In this document: piece by piece, positions 19,581 through 30,371 of the stretch
Position numbering within the stretch: the stretch's first letter is position 1
How the letters are laid out: the number at the start of each line of letters is the position of its first letter
Source: Pseudomonadota bacterium
GTDB lineage: Bacteria > Pseudomonadota > Gammaproteobacteria > GCA-002705445 > GCA-002716945
Direction of reading: 5' to 3'
DNA: 64,000 nucleotides
NCBI GenBank assembly: GCA_036140295.1
Contig: JAYZYL010000001.1
Span: 14,163 to 78,162, forward strand
The notes under the pieces: model-generated
Database searches by the model: none
The model's input: only the letters and a program-made list of their open reading frames with translations
What the model was told of the DNA's origin: nothing
Made by a program: the position numbers and the translations under genes

Positions 19581-21119
19581 TTATACTCCCCTTTTTTTAT
19601 TTAATGCCAAATCTGGGTTTTGTTGAAGTTTGTTTAGCGCATTTATGAAAGCCAGTATTGATGCTTTAACAATATCAGTATCTGCTCCATGCCCATTAAC
19701 TACATTATTATTTTTTGAAACTCTCACTGTTACTTCTCCAAGCGCATCTGTTCCAGAAGTTATATTGTTGACAGAATAAAGCAATAACTTACATTTACTC
19801 TTTACAATATCTTCAATTGCATTATAGGCAGCATCTACAGCTCCGTCACCTGTACAGCTTGACTCCATATCTTTTCCATCAACTTTTAACTTAACCAAGG
19901 CAGCTGGTTTTTTCCCACTCTCTGTTACTACATTCATATAAGTAAATTTAATATAATTATTTGTAACCTCCTGATTGTTTGAAAGCCTAATTATATCTTC
20001 ATCAAAAATATCATGTTTTTTGTCAGCTAATTCTTTAAATCTAAAGAATATTTCATCTACTTTTTTGTCATCTACTTTAATATTTAATTCATCCAATTTT
20101 TGCCTAAATGCATTTCGCCCTGAGTGTTTGCCAAGTACTAGAGAATTACTAATTAAACCAACATCTTCTGCCCTCATAATTTCATATGTTTCTCTTGATT
20201 TAATAATCCCGTCTTGATGTATACCTGATTCGTGAGCAAATGCATTTTTTCCAACAATAGCTTTATTTGGTTGCACAGGGAAACCTGTAATGCTAGAAAC
20301 CAATCTTGAACATTTCATAATTTTTTTAGTTTTTATGGATGTGTCACATTGAAAAATATCTTGTCGAGTACGAACAGTCATTGCAATTTCTTCTAGTGCA
20401 GCATTTCCTGCCCTTTCCCCTAATCCATTAATTGTGCATTCAACCTGACGCGCACCATTTAAAACAGCCGACAAAGAGTTTCCAACAGCTAATCCTAAAT
20501 CATTATGGCAATGTACTGAAAATATTGCTTTATCAGAATTTTTTACATTCTCTATAATATTTTTAATTAACGCACCAAATTGATGAGGTAAATTATATCC
20601 AACTGTATCTGGTATATTGATAGTTCTTGCTCCAGCATCAATAGCTGCTTCTATTACTGAACATAAAAAACTTAAATCTGAACGCCCTGCATCTTCTGGT
20701 GAAAATTCGACATCATCTGTAAATGTTTTTGCTAGGTTTATTGCTTTAATTGCACATTTTTTAACTTCATCTGGGGACATTCTTAATTTTTTTTCCATAT
20801 GAATTGGAGATGTAGCAATAAATGTATGAATTCTCTTCTTCTTTGCACCTTTAAGTGCATCAGATGCAGCAATAATATCTTTTTCTAATGATCTTGCAAG
20901 GGCACATACAGTAGATTTTGTAATAGATTTCGAGATTTCCCTTACAGCATTAAAGTCGCCTCTGCTTGCTATTGGAAATCCTGCCTCTATAATATCAACA
21001 TTAAGTTCTTCAAGAGCTGAAGCTATTTGGACTTTTTCATCAATATCCATTGACGCCCCGGGGCTCTGTTCCCCATCTCTCAAAGTAGTATCAAAAATGA
21101 TTAATTTTTTGTTCTTCAT
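19581..21119 (-). CDS. leuA: 2-isopropylmalate synthase
   Basis: DTTLRDGEQ, HCHNDLG, GLGERAGN, HESGIHQDG, C-terminal regulatory domain GDGAVDA. Confidence 0.97.
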   Translation of the reverse strand: MKNKKLIIFDTTLRDGEQSPGASMDIDEKVQIASALEELNVDIIEAGFPIASRGDFNAVREISKSITKSTVCALARSLEKDIIAASDALKGAKKKRIHTFIATSPIHMEKKLRMSPDEVKKCAIKAINLAKTFTDDVEFSPEDAGRSDLSFLCSVIEAAIDAGARTINIPDTVGYNLPHQFGALIKNIIENVKNSDKAIFSVHCHNDLGLAVGNSLSAVLNGARQVECTINGLGERAGNAALEEIAMTVRTRQDIFQCDTSIKTKKIMKCSRLVSSITGFPVQPNKAIVGKNAFAHESGIHQDGIIKSRETYEIMRAEDVGLISNSLVLGKHSGRNAFRQKLDELNIKVDDKKVDEIFFRFKELADKKHDIFDEDIIRLSNNQEVTNNYIKFTYMNVVTESGKKPAALVKLKVDGKDMESSCTGDGAVDAAYNAIEDIVKSKCKLLLYSVNNITSGTDALGEVTVRVSKNNNVVNGHGADTDIVKASILAFINALNKLQQNPDLALNKKRGV

Positions 21120-21164
21120 GATTATTAAATTGTAAATTGATAAGTCTTCTGAAGTTATATTGAA

Positions 21165-21224
21165 CTACTTCAGCAGATTGCTTTGCAGGAAATGCAGTAA
21201 CTGTTTTGATATGTTAATTAACAT
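21165..21224 (-). CDS. Candidate leu leader peptide (19 aa, MLINISKQLLHFLQSNLLK)
   Basis: Hand-read uORF ending 45 nt before leuA; 6 of 19 codons are Leu, four of them CTG; a hairpin covers its stop codon. Confidence 0.55.
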   Translation of the reverse strand: MLINISKQLLHFLQSNLLK

Positions 21225-21231
21225 AATACAA

Positions 21232-21259
21232 ACTCTATATTAAAAAAATTTTTTTGCAA
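21232..21259 (-). promoter_or_regulatory. Sigma70-like promoter TTGCAA-N16-TAGAGT for the leader/leuA
   Basis: -35 at 21254-21259, -10 at 21232-21237; the uORF ATG is 7 nt after the -10. Confidence 0.5.
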
Positions 21260-21262
21260 GTA

Positions 21263-23049
<1,787 letters not shown>

Positions 23050-23556
23050 TCACCTTCTTGTCTCCAAGCTTTCTGTTCCTCTACTAATTCCTAAAGCACC
23101 TGACCTTACCATTTCAATAATTTTGATATTTCCTAATGAATTGATAAATGCTAAAATCTTTTCTGCAACACCAGTGAGTTCAATTGTATAGGTTGTATCA
23201 GTCACGTCAATTATACGAGCTCTAAATATATCAGTTAGCCTCTTTAATTCATCTCTTTGTTTTTTATTGCACTTCAATTTCATTAATAACATCTCTCTTT
23301 CTATGTGAGTCTCTTCGGTTAAATCTTTCACATTAACCACATCAACCAGTTTATCTAATTGCCTCATAAGCTTTTGAATCTTTTGCTCATTACAAAATGT
23401 TACCAATGTCATGCGAGAAATTGATTCATCCTTTGTTGGAGCAACATTCAAACAATGTATATTGTAACCTCGTGCTGAAAATAGTCCAGCAATCCTTGAC
23501 AAGGAACCAAATTCATTTTCAACTAGTAAAGAAATTATGTGTCTTTTCTCTTCCAT
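23050..23556 (-). CDS. ilvH: Acetolactate synthase small subunit
   Basis: LVENEFGSLSRIAGLFSARGYNI, EMVRSG. Confidence 0.95.
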   Translation of the reverse strand: MEEKRHIISLLVENEFGSLSRIAGLFSARGYNIHCLNVAPTKDESISRMTLVTFCNEQKIQKLMRQLDKLVDVVNVKDLTEETHIEREMLLMKLKCNKKQRDELKRLTDIFRARIIDVTDTTYTIELTGVAEKILAFINSLGNIKIIEMVRSGALGISRGTESLETRR

Positions 23557-23558
23557 AG

Positions 23559-25286
23559 TTAAGCCAACTCAGTATCACTGCTTGTAGGAGAAAGGTGCAT
23601 CTCATGATGTCCTTTACCACTTTGTATCATTGGATAAACATTTTCAGTTTGATCCGTAATAACATCAATAAAAACTAATCTATCTTTCATGTTTAATGCC
23701 TTTTTCATCATTGGTTCCAAGTCTGACGGATTTTCAATAGTTATCCCTACATGCCCAAAACTATCTGCTAGTTTAGCAAAATCTGGCAGAGCATCCATAT
23801 AAGACATTGCATATCTTCCTTCATAAAAAAATTCTTGCCACTGACGAACCATTCCCATATACCTATTATTTAGATTAACTATTTTTATTGGTAATCTATA
23901 TTGGAGACAAGTAGAAAGTTCTTGTATGCACATAATTATACTAGCTTCACCTGTCACGCAAACAACATTTGATTTTGGATATGCAAACTGAACTCCCATA
24001 GCAGCAGGTAAGCCAAAACCCATTGTTCCTAATCCCCCAGAATTAATCCATCGATTTGGTTTATCAAATTTATAATATTGTGCTGCCCACATTTGGTGCT
24101 GACCAACATCAGATGTAATAAATGCATCGCCCTTTGTTAATTCATATAATTTTTCAATGACCAATTGTGGTTTTATAATCTTATTAGACTTCTTGTAATC
24201 TAAACACTTTTTTTGTCTCCATTTATTAATTTGATTCCACCATTTTTTAATTTTTTTAACTTTTATATTCTTCTTGTATAAATCGATTGCTTTATTTAAA
24301 TCATTTAAAATTTTAGAAGTCTCACCTATAAGTGACAAATCTACCTCTATTATTTTTGAAATTGAAGAAGGGTCAATGTCAATATGAATTATTTTTGCAG
24401 ATGGACAGAATTTAGAGGTATCGCCAGTTACTCTATCGTCAAATCTTGCCCCAATAGCAAGCAGGAGGTCACATTCATGCATTGCCATATTTGCTTCATA
24501 AGTTCCATGCATCCCTAACATACCCAAAAAGTTGTCATGAGAACCTGGGTATCCTCCAAGTCCCATCAAAGTATTTGTAATTGGATATCCAAGTTTTTTG
24601 ACAAGTGTTCTTAGTTGGTTGTGTGCTTTACCTAAAATCACTCCCCCTCCCGTATAAATCATAGGTTTGTTGGCATTACAAATTAATTCAGCAGCTTTAT
24701 CTATCCTTTCTTTGTTTTCTCTTACTACAGGTTTATAGGATCTTAATTTGATTTTTTTTGGGTATTCAAAAGGAATTTTTATTTTTGGGTCTGTTAAGTC
24801 TTTTGGCACATCAATAAGAACAGGGCCCGGCCTTCCAGTTGTTGCAATCATAAATGCTTTTTTAAAAATGCTTGGGATAGATTCTCTTGTATCGATCAGG
24901 AAATTATGTTTTGTAATTGGCCTCGTAATACCAGTTGCATCAGCTTCTTGAAAAGCATCACTGCCTACGTAACCTCTTGAAACTTGTCCTGAAATAATAA
25001 TCATTGGTATTGAATCCATATGTGCTGTGGCCAGTCCGGTCACACAGTTAGTTATACCAGGACCAGAAGTTACAAGAACAACTCCAGGTCTTCCGCAAGC
25101 CCTTGCATAGCCATCTGCAGCATGTGTAGCTCCCTGCTCATGCCTAACTAAAACATGCTTTATTCCTTTGCTTTCAAACAATGCATCATAAATATGTAAA
25201 ACAGCTCCACCGGGATAGCCAAAAATAAATTCTACACCTTCTTTTTTGAGACATTCTATGATTATTTCTGATCCGCTCAATTTCAC
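23559..25286 (-). CDS. ilvI: Acetolactate synthase large subunit
   Basis: FGYPGG, RHEQGA, TSGPG, DVGQHQMW, SGGLGTMGFGLP, GMVRQWQ; GTG start with GGAG SD. Confidence 0.95.
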   Translation of the reverse strand: MKLSGSEIIIECLKKEGVEFIFGYPGGAVLHIYDALFESKGIKHVLVRHEQGATHAADGYARACGRPGVVLVTSGPGITNCVTGLATAHMDSIPMIIISGQVSRGYVGSDAFQEADATGITRPITKHNFLIDTRESIPSIFKKAFMIATTGRPGPVLIDVPKDLTDPKIKIPFEYPKKIKLRSYKPVVRENKERIDKAAELICNANKPMIYTGGGVILGKAHNQLRTLVKKLGYPITNTLMGLGGYPGSHDNFLGMLGMHGTYEANMAMHECDLLLAIGARFDDRVTGDTSKFCPSAKIIHIDIDPSSISKIIEVDLSLIGETSKILNDLNKAIDLYKKNIKVKKIKKWWNQINKWRQKKCLDYKKSNKIIKPQLVIEKLYELTKGDAFITSDVGQHQMWAAQYYKFDKPNRWINSGGLGTMGFGLPAAMGVQFAYPKSNVVCVTGEASIIMCIQELSTCLQYRLPIKIVNLNNRYMGMVRQWQEFFYEGRYAMSYMDALPDFAKLADSFGHVGITIENPSDLEPMMKKALNMKDRLVFIDVITDQTENVYPMIQSGKGHHEMHLSPTSSDTELA

Positions 25287-25371
25287 AATGTAACTCCAAT
25301 TATTTCAAATACATGATACATCTTTTTTATCTGTTGATCACCCGATATCTAGTGTTTTAGGTACTTTCTGC

Positions 25372-25998
25372 CTATGCACTACTGAAGGATAGAAATCGAA
25401 AAATAATATTATGGATGGTCTTAAAAGTCTCAAGAAAGATTAATTGTAAAAAAATTTTATTCCCCTTCTCATGTTCATAATTCATATAAACTTCTGGAGA
25501 AATGAAATCAATATTTTTGTTAGGTAATAATTTTTTAAAAATTAGTTTCGATCTAAAGATATGATAACTATTAGTTACTATAAGTAAATTCTCTAAACTA
25601 TCATATTTTTTTATAGATAGTGATTTTGCTTCATCATAAGTACTTTTATTATCTTCTCCAAAGATGTTAATTGCTGATTTTGGAACTTTATTTCTAATTA
25701 AAATTTTTGAATAAAATTCATAAGTCATTAACTTTTTTTCTTGTTTTAGATAATCATATGTCATGGCCTTTTCCTTGCTAACCAAAATCAGTTTAGAAAA
25801 ACCATTTTGAAATAGCTTCCCACCTAATTCTGCCCTGATTGGATTGCCAGATAAAATTACAATTGCGTCATATTTTTTTAATGTTATTTTCTCCCCTGGG
25901 TTTGCAATATGAAATAAGAGGTATGCAAGCAAAATAAATACCAAAATTGATAAAACCCCTATTATGGCTAATATATTTTTGATTTTAAATTTTACCAA
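25372..25998 (-). CDS. YdcF/DUF218 (ElyC/SanA-like) membrane-anchored protein
   Basis: N-terminal TM, DAIVILSG, STYDEA, LIVTNSYHIFRS. Confidence 0.82.
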   Translation of the reverse strand: MVKFKIKNILAIIGVLSILVFILLAYLLFHIANPGEKITLKKYDAIVILSGNPIRAELGGKLFQNGFSKLILVSKEKAMTYDYLKQEKKLMTYEFYSKILIRNKVPKSAINIFGEDNKSTYDEAKSLSIKKYDSLENLLIVTNSYHIFRSKLIFKKLLPNKNIDFISPEVYMNYEHEKGNKIFLQLIFLETFKTIHNIIFRFLSFSSA

Positions 25999-26003
25999 AC
26001 TGT

Positions 26004-26234
26004 CTAGGCTTTTTTTAATAGGAAATAGAATTTATTATCTTTTTGACTACTCTCTAATAGTTCATTGCCTGTTTGTTTAGCAAATGATTCAAAATCATTC
26101 ACTGCTCCTGGGTCCGTTGAAATGACATGTAAAACTTGTCCGGGTTCCATCGAATTAATTTCTTTCTTTGCTTTAATAATTGGTAAAGGGCAATTTAAAC
26201 CACTTGTATCTAGCTCTTTATCATAGTTACTCAT
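26004..26234 (-). CDS. tusA: TusA/SirA family sulfurtransferase
   Basis: LDTSGLNCPLPI (CPxP), STDPGA-x2-DF. Confidence 0.9.
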   Translation of the reverse strand: MSNYDKELDTSGLNCPLPIIKAKKEINSMEPGQVLHVISTDPGAVNDFESFAKQTGNELLESSQKDNKFYFLLKKA

Positions 26235-26324
26235 TTCAACCTCACTAAGTTATAATCAGATAATAGATTTATGATCTATATTAATACATTTAAAAGTTTT
26301 AATATAGTTATCTAGGGTATTTAT

Positions 26325-27752
26325 ATGAGGGCTTTATTTCCTATATTTTTAATTCTTCTTATTCCTATGTCTAAGACATCTTTAGGTCAAGAACTTGCTA
26401 CTCCTGAGTTAGGTGACCCTTATGCCAGTATTTTATCTCTTGATGAAGAAAAAATAATTGGGTTTTCTGCCTACAAGGGAATGCAAAGATATAATTATAT
26501 AGTTAATGATCCTCTTGCCTCATCATATATTAAGTATCTCGGAAATCTCATAACTCGACAAACTCTTGATGAGAGAAGGAACTATAATTTTTTTCTAGTA
26601 AAATCTGCAACAATTAATGCGTTTGCCCTACCTGGTGGTTATGTTGGATTAAATACAGGTCTTGTTGCTCTAACTAAAAATGAAGCTCAGCTTGTTGGAG
26701 TCATGGCCCATGAAGTAGCACATGTAAAATTAAGACATTCAGCTGAAATGCTTGCGAATTCTGCACGGACATCACTACCTGCCTTCATAGGTATAGTAAT
26801 AGGTATCCTTTCTGGAAATCCACAAGGTGGATTAGCTGCAATGCAATCAGGTTTAGGGATATCTGCACAAATGAGTATAAATTTAATTAGATCAAATGAA
26901 ATTGAAGCTGATGAATTTGCTATTAGTCTACTCAGAAAAACTAACTTTGATGTATCCGAAATGGCTAACTTCTTTGAATTAATGCAATCATCTACATCAA
27001 CCCTTAATCCTCAATTAGCCTATTTTTATACACACCCTCTGTATGAAAATAGAATTGCACGAATAAGGTCAAGAGCAAATAAAACTAGTTCATTTAAAAC
27101 AATTACTAATGATTACGGGTACGTGAAGAATATTCTAGAAGTATTTATGTCTAGAAACGTTGACGTAGATATTAAATCAATAAAGCAAAAAGATTCTTAT
27201 GGTTTGCATAAATTAGCACTCCTATATAAGAGAAAATCTCAATTTAAAACTGCAATTAGCTTTATAAAGGGCCCATATGAAAAAAATCCAGAAAATATTT
27301 ATATATCTGTCCTTTATGCACAACTTTTAGAAAGGAATAAGCAGCATCAAGAATCTATAAAAGTTTTACAAAATCTCATGGACATTTATCCCTTTAATTC
27401 ATCTATTCCTTTTTATCTAGGAGAAACATTAATTGAAAATAATTTAAGACTCAATGATGCATTGGAAATGCTAAAAAAAGTTGAGGGTTCCTATAAATAC
27501 AATCCAAACTACTTCAGGCTGATGTCAAAAGCTTTCGTACGTCAGGGAGATGTTTTTAATTCAAAAATATACCTTTCTGACTACTATGTTCTAATAGATA
27601 ATTTGAACCTAGCTGTCCAAGTCCTTGATGATGGAATTCAATCAAGAGGTCTTAGAGGTGATCAAATTGATAGTCTCAAAAAAAAGAAGCAAGAGATTAT
27701 ATGTAAATACCAAAGACCTCTTGAACCATTGTTTGGGGAAAAAACCTGTTAA
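26325..27752 (+). CDS. bepA: M48 family periplasmic metalloprotease with TPR repeats (BepA/YfgC)
   Basis: Signal peptide, INAFALPGGY, HEVAH, E-x-EAD, THP, C-terminal TPRs; divergent from tusA as in other gammaproteobacteria. Confidence 0.88.
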   Translation: MRALFPIFLILLIPMSKTSLGQELATPELGDPYASILSLDEEKIIGFSAYKGMQRYNYIVNDPLASSYIKYLGNLITRQTLDERRNYNFFLVKSATINAFALPGGYVGLNTGLVALTKNEAQLVGVMAHEVAHVKLRHSAEMLANSARTSLPAFIGIVIGILSGNPQGGLAAMQSGLGISAQMSINLIRSNEIEADEFAISLLRKTNFDVSEMANFFELMQSSTSTLNPQLAYFYTHPLYENRIARIRSRANKTSSFKTITNDYGYVKNILEVFMSRNVDVDIKSIKQKDSYGLHKLALLYKRKSQFKTAISFIKGPYEKNPENIYISVLYAQLLERNKQHQESIKVLQNLMDIYPFNSSIPFYLGETLIENNLRLNDALEMLKKVEGSYKYNPNYFRLMSKAFVRQGDVFNSKIYLSDYYVLIDNLNLAVQVLDDGIQSRGLRGDQIDSLKKKKQEIICKYQRPLEPLFGEKTC

Positions 27753-27811
27753 TTAAAGTAGTTTTTTTATCCTTTAGACGGTAATATAATAAACCAATCT
27801 AGATAAGTATT

Positions 27812-28147
27812 ATGAGAAATTTCATCTATTTATTCTTTTTTATTTTTTTAGGAGCCAGTTTTGTGGTTAAAGCAGATTCAATTGCTGATGGGAAACAATT
27901 AGCGTTTGACAGGAAAAAGGGCAACTGTCTTGCCTGCCACCAAATAGAAGATGGGGAATTACCTGGAAATGCTGGTCCTCCTTTATTGGCTATGAAAGCA
28001 AGGTTTCCTAAAAAAGAGAAGCTTTTTAATAAGATATGGGATCCAACGAAAACAAACCCTAATTCCTTTATGCCTCCTTTTGGTAAGCATGGACTTTTGA
28101 CAAAAAGTGAAATTAATTTAATAATTGAATATCTCTATACATTATGA
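27812..28147 (+). CDS. soxX: Sulfur oxidation c-type cytochrome SoxX
   Basis: Signal peptide, RKKGNCLACH, GNAGPPL, IWDPT-x2-NP-x2-FMPPFG. Confidence 0.93.
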   Translation: MRNFIYLFFFIFLGASFVVKADSIADGKQLAFDRKKGNCLACHQIEDGELPGNAGPPLLAMKARFPKKEKLFNKIWDPTKTNPNSFMPPFGKHGLLTKSEINLIIEYLYTL

Positions 28148-28154
28148 GGTATAT

Positions 28155-28622
28155 ATGATGGACAGAAGAAAATTTTTATATAAAACATTGCTTACAACAG
28201 CAGTTTTGGGTTCAGCGACTGGAATTTTGCTGGCACCTAAACGAGTATATGCAGCATGGCCAAAAGCTGCCTTTGATGAAAAAGATTTGGCAGGCGCATT
28301 AAAAAGTGTTTACGGTGACTCTACTTTATTTGAGTCCACCAAAGTAAAACTGAAAGCTCCTGATATAGCTGAAAATGGGGCCATAGTCCCGATTAATGTA
28401 AAAACAAATTTAAAAAATGTAGAATCTATTATGATTTTTGTTGAAAATAATCCTCAGCCACTTTCAAGTGGCTATAGGTTGACCGCAAAAGCAGAACCAA
28501 AAATTGGGACAAGATTAAAAATGGGTAAAACTTCAAGAGTCATTGCTGCGGTAAAAAGTGATGGGAAAATTTATAGCGCATCAAAAGAAGTTAAAGTAAC
28601 AATTGGTGGTTGCGGCGGATAA
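28155..28622 (+). CDS. soxY: Thiosulfate oxidation carrier protein SoxY
   Basis: Tat signal (DRRKFL), APDIAENGAIVP, C-terminal VKVTIGGCGG; start moved to ATG after GAGG SD. Confidence 0.97.
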   Translation: MMDRRKFLYKTLLTTAVLGSATGILLAPKRVYAAWPKAAFDEKDLAGALKSVYGDSTLFESTKVKLKAPDIAENGAIVPINVKTNLKNVESIMIFVENNPQPLSSGYRLTAKAEPKIGTRLKMGKTSRVIAAVKSDGKIYSASKEVKVTIGGCGG

Positions 28623-28635
28623 AGGAGATATAAAA

Positions 28636-28944
28636 ATGAGTACAATTAAAATTAGAGCAAAAGAAAATAATGGTTCTGTAACGGTAAAGGCTCTTATAAA
28701 ACACCCAATGGAAACTGGTCAGAGAAAAAATAATAAAACTGGAGAATTTATTCCTCCTCACTATATACAAGAAGTTATTGCAAAAAGTAATGGAGAAAAA
28801 GTTATAACTATTTTTTGGGGTCCAGCAGTTTCAAAAAATCCATATTTAACTTTTAATTATGCTGGTAATAAAGGAGATAAATTAGAAATTTCTTGGGTTG
28901 ATAATAAGGGTAATCAAGATTCAAATAATACAACCATTAAATGA
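28636..28944 (+). CDS. soxZ: Thiosulfate oxidation carrier complex protein SoxZ
   Basis: IKHPMETGQRK, AVSKNPY, WVDNKG; start moved to ATG after AAGGAG SD. Confidence 0.96.
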   Translation: MSTIKIRAKENNGSVTVKALIKHPMETGQRKNNKTGEFIPPHYIQEVIAKSNGEKVITIFWGPAVSKNPYLTFNYAGNKGDKLEISWVDNKGNQDSNNTTIK

Positions 28945-29804
28945 GACAGGAAAGGATTAACATTGGAATTTTAAAATTTATTCTAGTCACATTAGTTTCT
29001 TTTTTATTATTTATAAGCCCTCCGGTTTTGTCATCACCTGAAGAAGATTTAAAAGAAATAAGAAATCACTTTAGCGATGTTTTTCCTAACACTCCTTTTA
29101 AAGAATTTAATAATGGTGTTTATTCTATTCATGCGCCATCTAGAGAACAATGGGAGTCTATTGAAGAATTCCCCCCATATGAAATTAATATAGATAATGG
29201 GGAAAAACTTTTTAATACACCATTTAAAAATGGAAATAGTTATGCTTCATGTTTTGAAAATGATGGTATAGGTATACGTCAAAATTTTCCATATTTTGAT
29301 GAAGATCTTGGAAAAGTAATTACATTAGAACTTGCGATTAATCAATGCAGAAAAAATAATGGTGAAAAACCTCTAAAATATTATAAGGGAGGCGATATGG
29401 GAGATATCTCGGCTTACATGGCATATACCTCTCGTGGGAAAACTATTGAATTAGAAATTCCTAATGATTTAAATGCGCTTGATGCATACGAAGAAGGGAA
29501 AAAACTTTACTTTAGCAAAAAGGGGCAATTAAATTTTTCTTGTGCAGACTGTCATATATGGCATACAGGTGTCAAACTGAGAGCTGATATCACAAGTCCT
29601 GCAATAGGGCATGTTACACATTTTCCTGTGTATAGAACAAATGTGGGAAGAATGGTAACTCTGCATGAAAGGTTTGCACAGTGCTTAAATAGAATTCGTG
29701 CAAAACCATATAAGGCGCAAAGTGAGGAATACAAAAATCTTGAATATTTTATGACGTATATAAGCACTGGGTTAGAAATTAACGGACCTGGCACAAGAAA
29801 ATAA
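28941..29804 (+). CDS. soxA: Sulfur oxidation c-type cytochrome SoxA (monoheme form)
   Basis: N-terminal heme site degenerate (YASCF), heme motif CADCH, HFPVYR, active-site R-F-x-x-C (ERFAQC), EYKNLEYF. Confidence 0.95.
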   Translation: MRQERINIGILKFILVTLVSFLLFISPPVLSSPEEDLKEIRNHFSDVFPNTPFKEFNNGVYSIHAPSREQWESIEEFPPYEINIDNGEKLFNTPFKNGNSYASCFENDGIGIRQNFPYFDEDLGKVITLELAINQCRKNNGEKPLKYYKGGDMGDISAYMAYTSRGKTIELEIPNDLNALDAYEEGKKLYFSKKGQLNFSCADCHIWHTGVKLRADITSPAIGHVTHFPVYRTNVGRMVTLHERFAQCLNRIRAKPYKAQSEEYKNLEYFMTYISTGLEINGPGTRK

Positions 29805-29841
29805 GTATCCTCTACAGAAGAAAATGAGTATAATGTTTAAT

Positions 29842-30354
29842 ATGAAGGATAGAATAAGTGGAAGAATAATTCTCCTGTCAGCACTTATTAGTTTAGTAAT
29901 TTCGTCATGCGCCTCTGTAAATTCAATGTTTTCAAGTGAAGATGATGGAGCCGAAATTAAAGAACTAGGCGTTAATGAAAGATTACAAATTTCTATACCT
30001 ATTCCAGACGATTCAAAATATTCAAGAGATAAGAGTGTAATTTTTGGGGAAGGAGAACGCTTCACTGGTGTATTATATTTAATCCATGATATGGAAGTAG
30101 AAGAAGCTGTAAACTTTTATAGAAAGGCCATGATAGCTGATGGTTGGACTGAAATAGCGATTGTAAGAAGTAATTTTATATTAGTTAATTTTGATAAAGA
30201 AGATCGATTTGCAACAATAAAAGTTTCAGGTAGTACCTTTGGTGACTCTCAATCAGAAATAACAATTGGGCCTAAAACTACCACAACTATCAATCGAAGT
30301 TTAAATATTAATCCTGGAGATGATTCAGAACCGTTTGAAATAGAAACACAGTAG
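29842..30354 (+). CDS. Hypothetical lipoprotein
   Basis: Lipobox ISSC after a hydrophobic stretch; start inferred at MKDR (TATAAT 7 nt upstream); ORF track starts at 29824. Confidence 0.75.
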   Translation: MKDRISGRIILLSALISLVISSCASVNSMFSSEDDGAEIKELGVNERLQISIPIPDDSKYSRDKSVIFGEGERFTGVLYLIHDMEVEEAVNFYRKAMIADGWTEIAIVRSNFILVNFDKEDRFATIKVSGSTFGDSQSEITIGPKTTTTINRSLNINPGDDSEPFEIETQ

Positions 30355-30371
30355 AAATTTTTATCTCCTAA

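Noticed and set aside
25283-25321. 12-aa uORF MYHVFEIIGVTL whose stop overlaps the ilvI GTG start (possible ILV leader)
   Set aside because: Five I/L/V codons in 12 is unremarkable at this AT content; there are no tandem rare codons, no SD and no hairpin. Worth revisiting only if conserved.
26004-26234. tusA as a dedicated member of the sox island
   Set aside because: A TusA-like gene divergent from bepA is backbone in non-sulfur-oxidisers too, so the proximity may be incidental. It is kept only as a caveated part of the YeeE finding.
27753-27811. attL/attR direct repeat of the tRNA-Lys 3' end bounding the sox block
   Set aside because: No copy of the tRNA 3' sequence was found in this gap and there is no integrase, so no mobile element is called.
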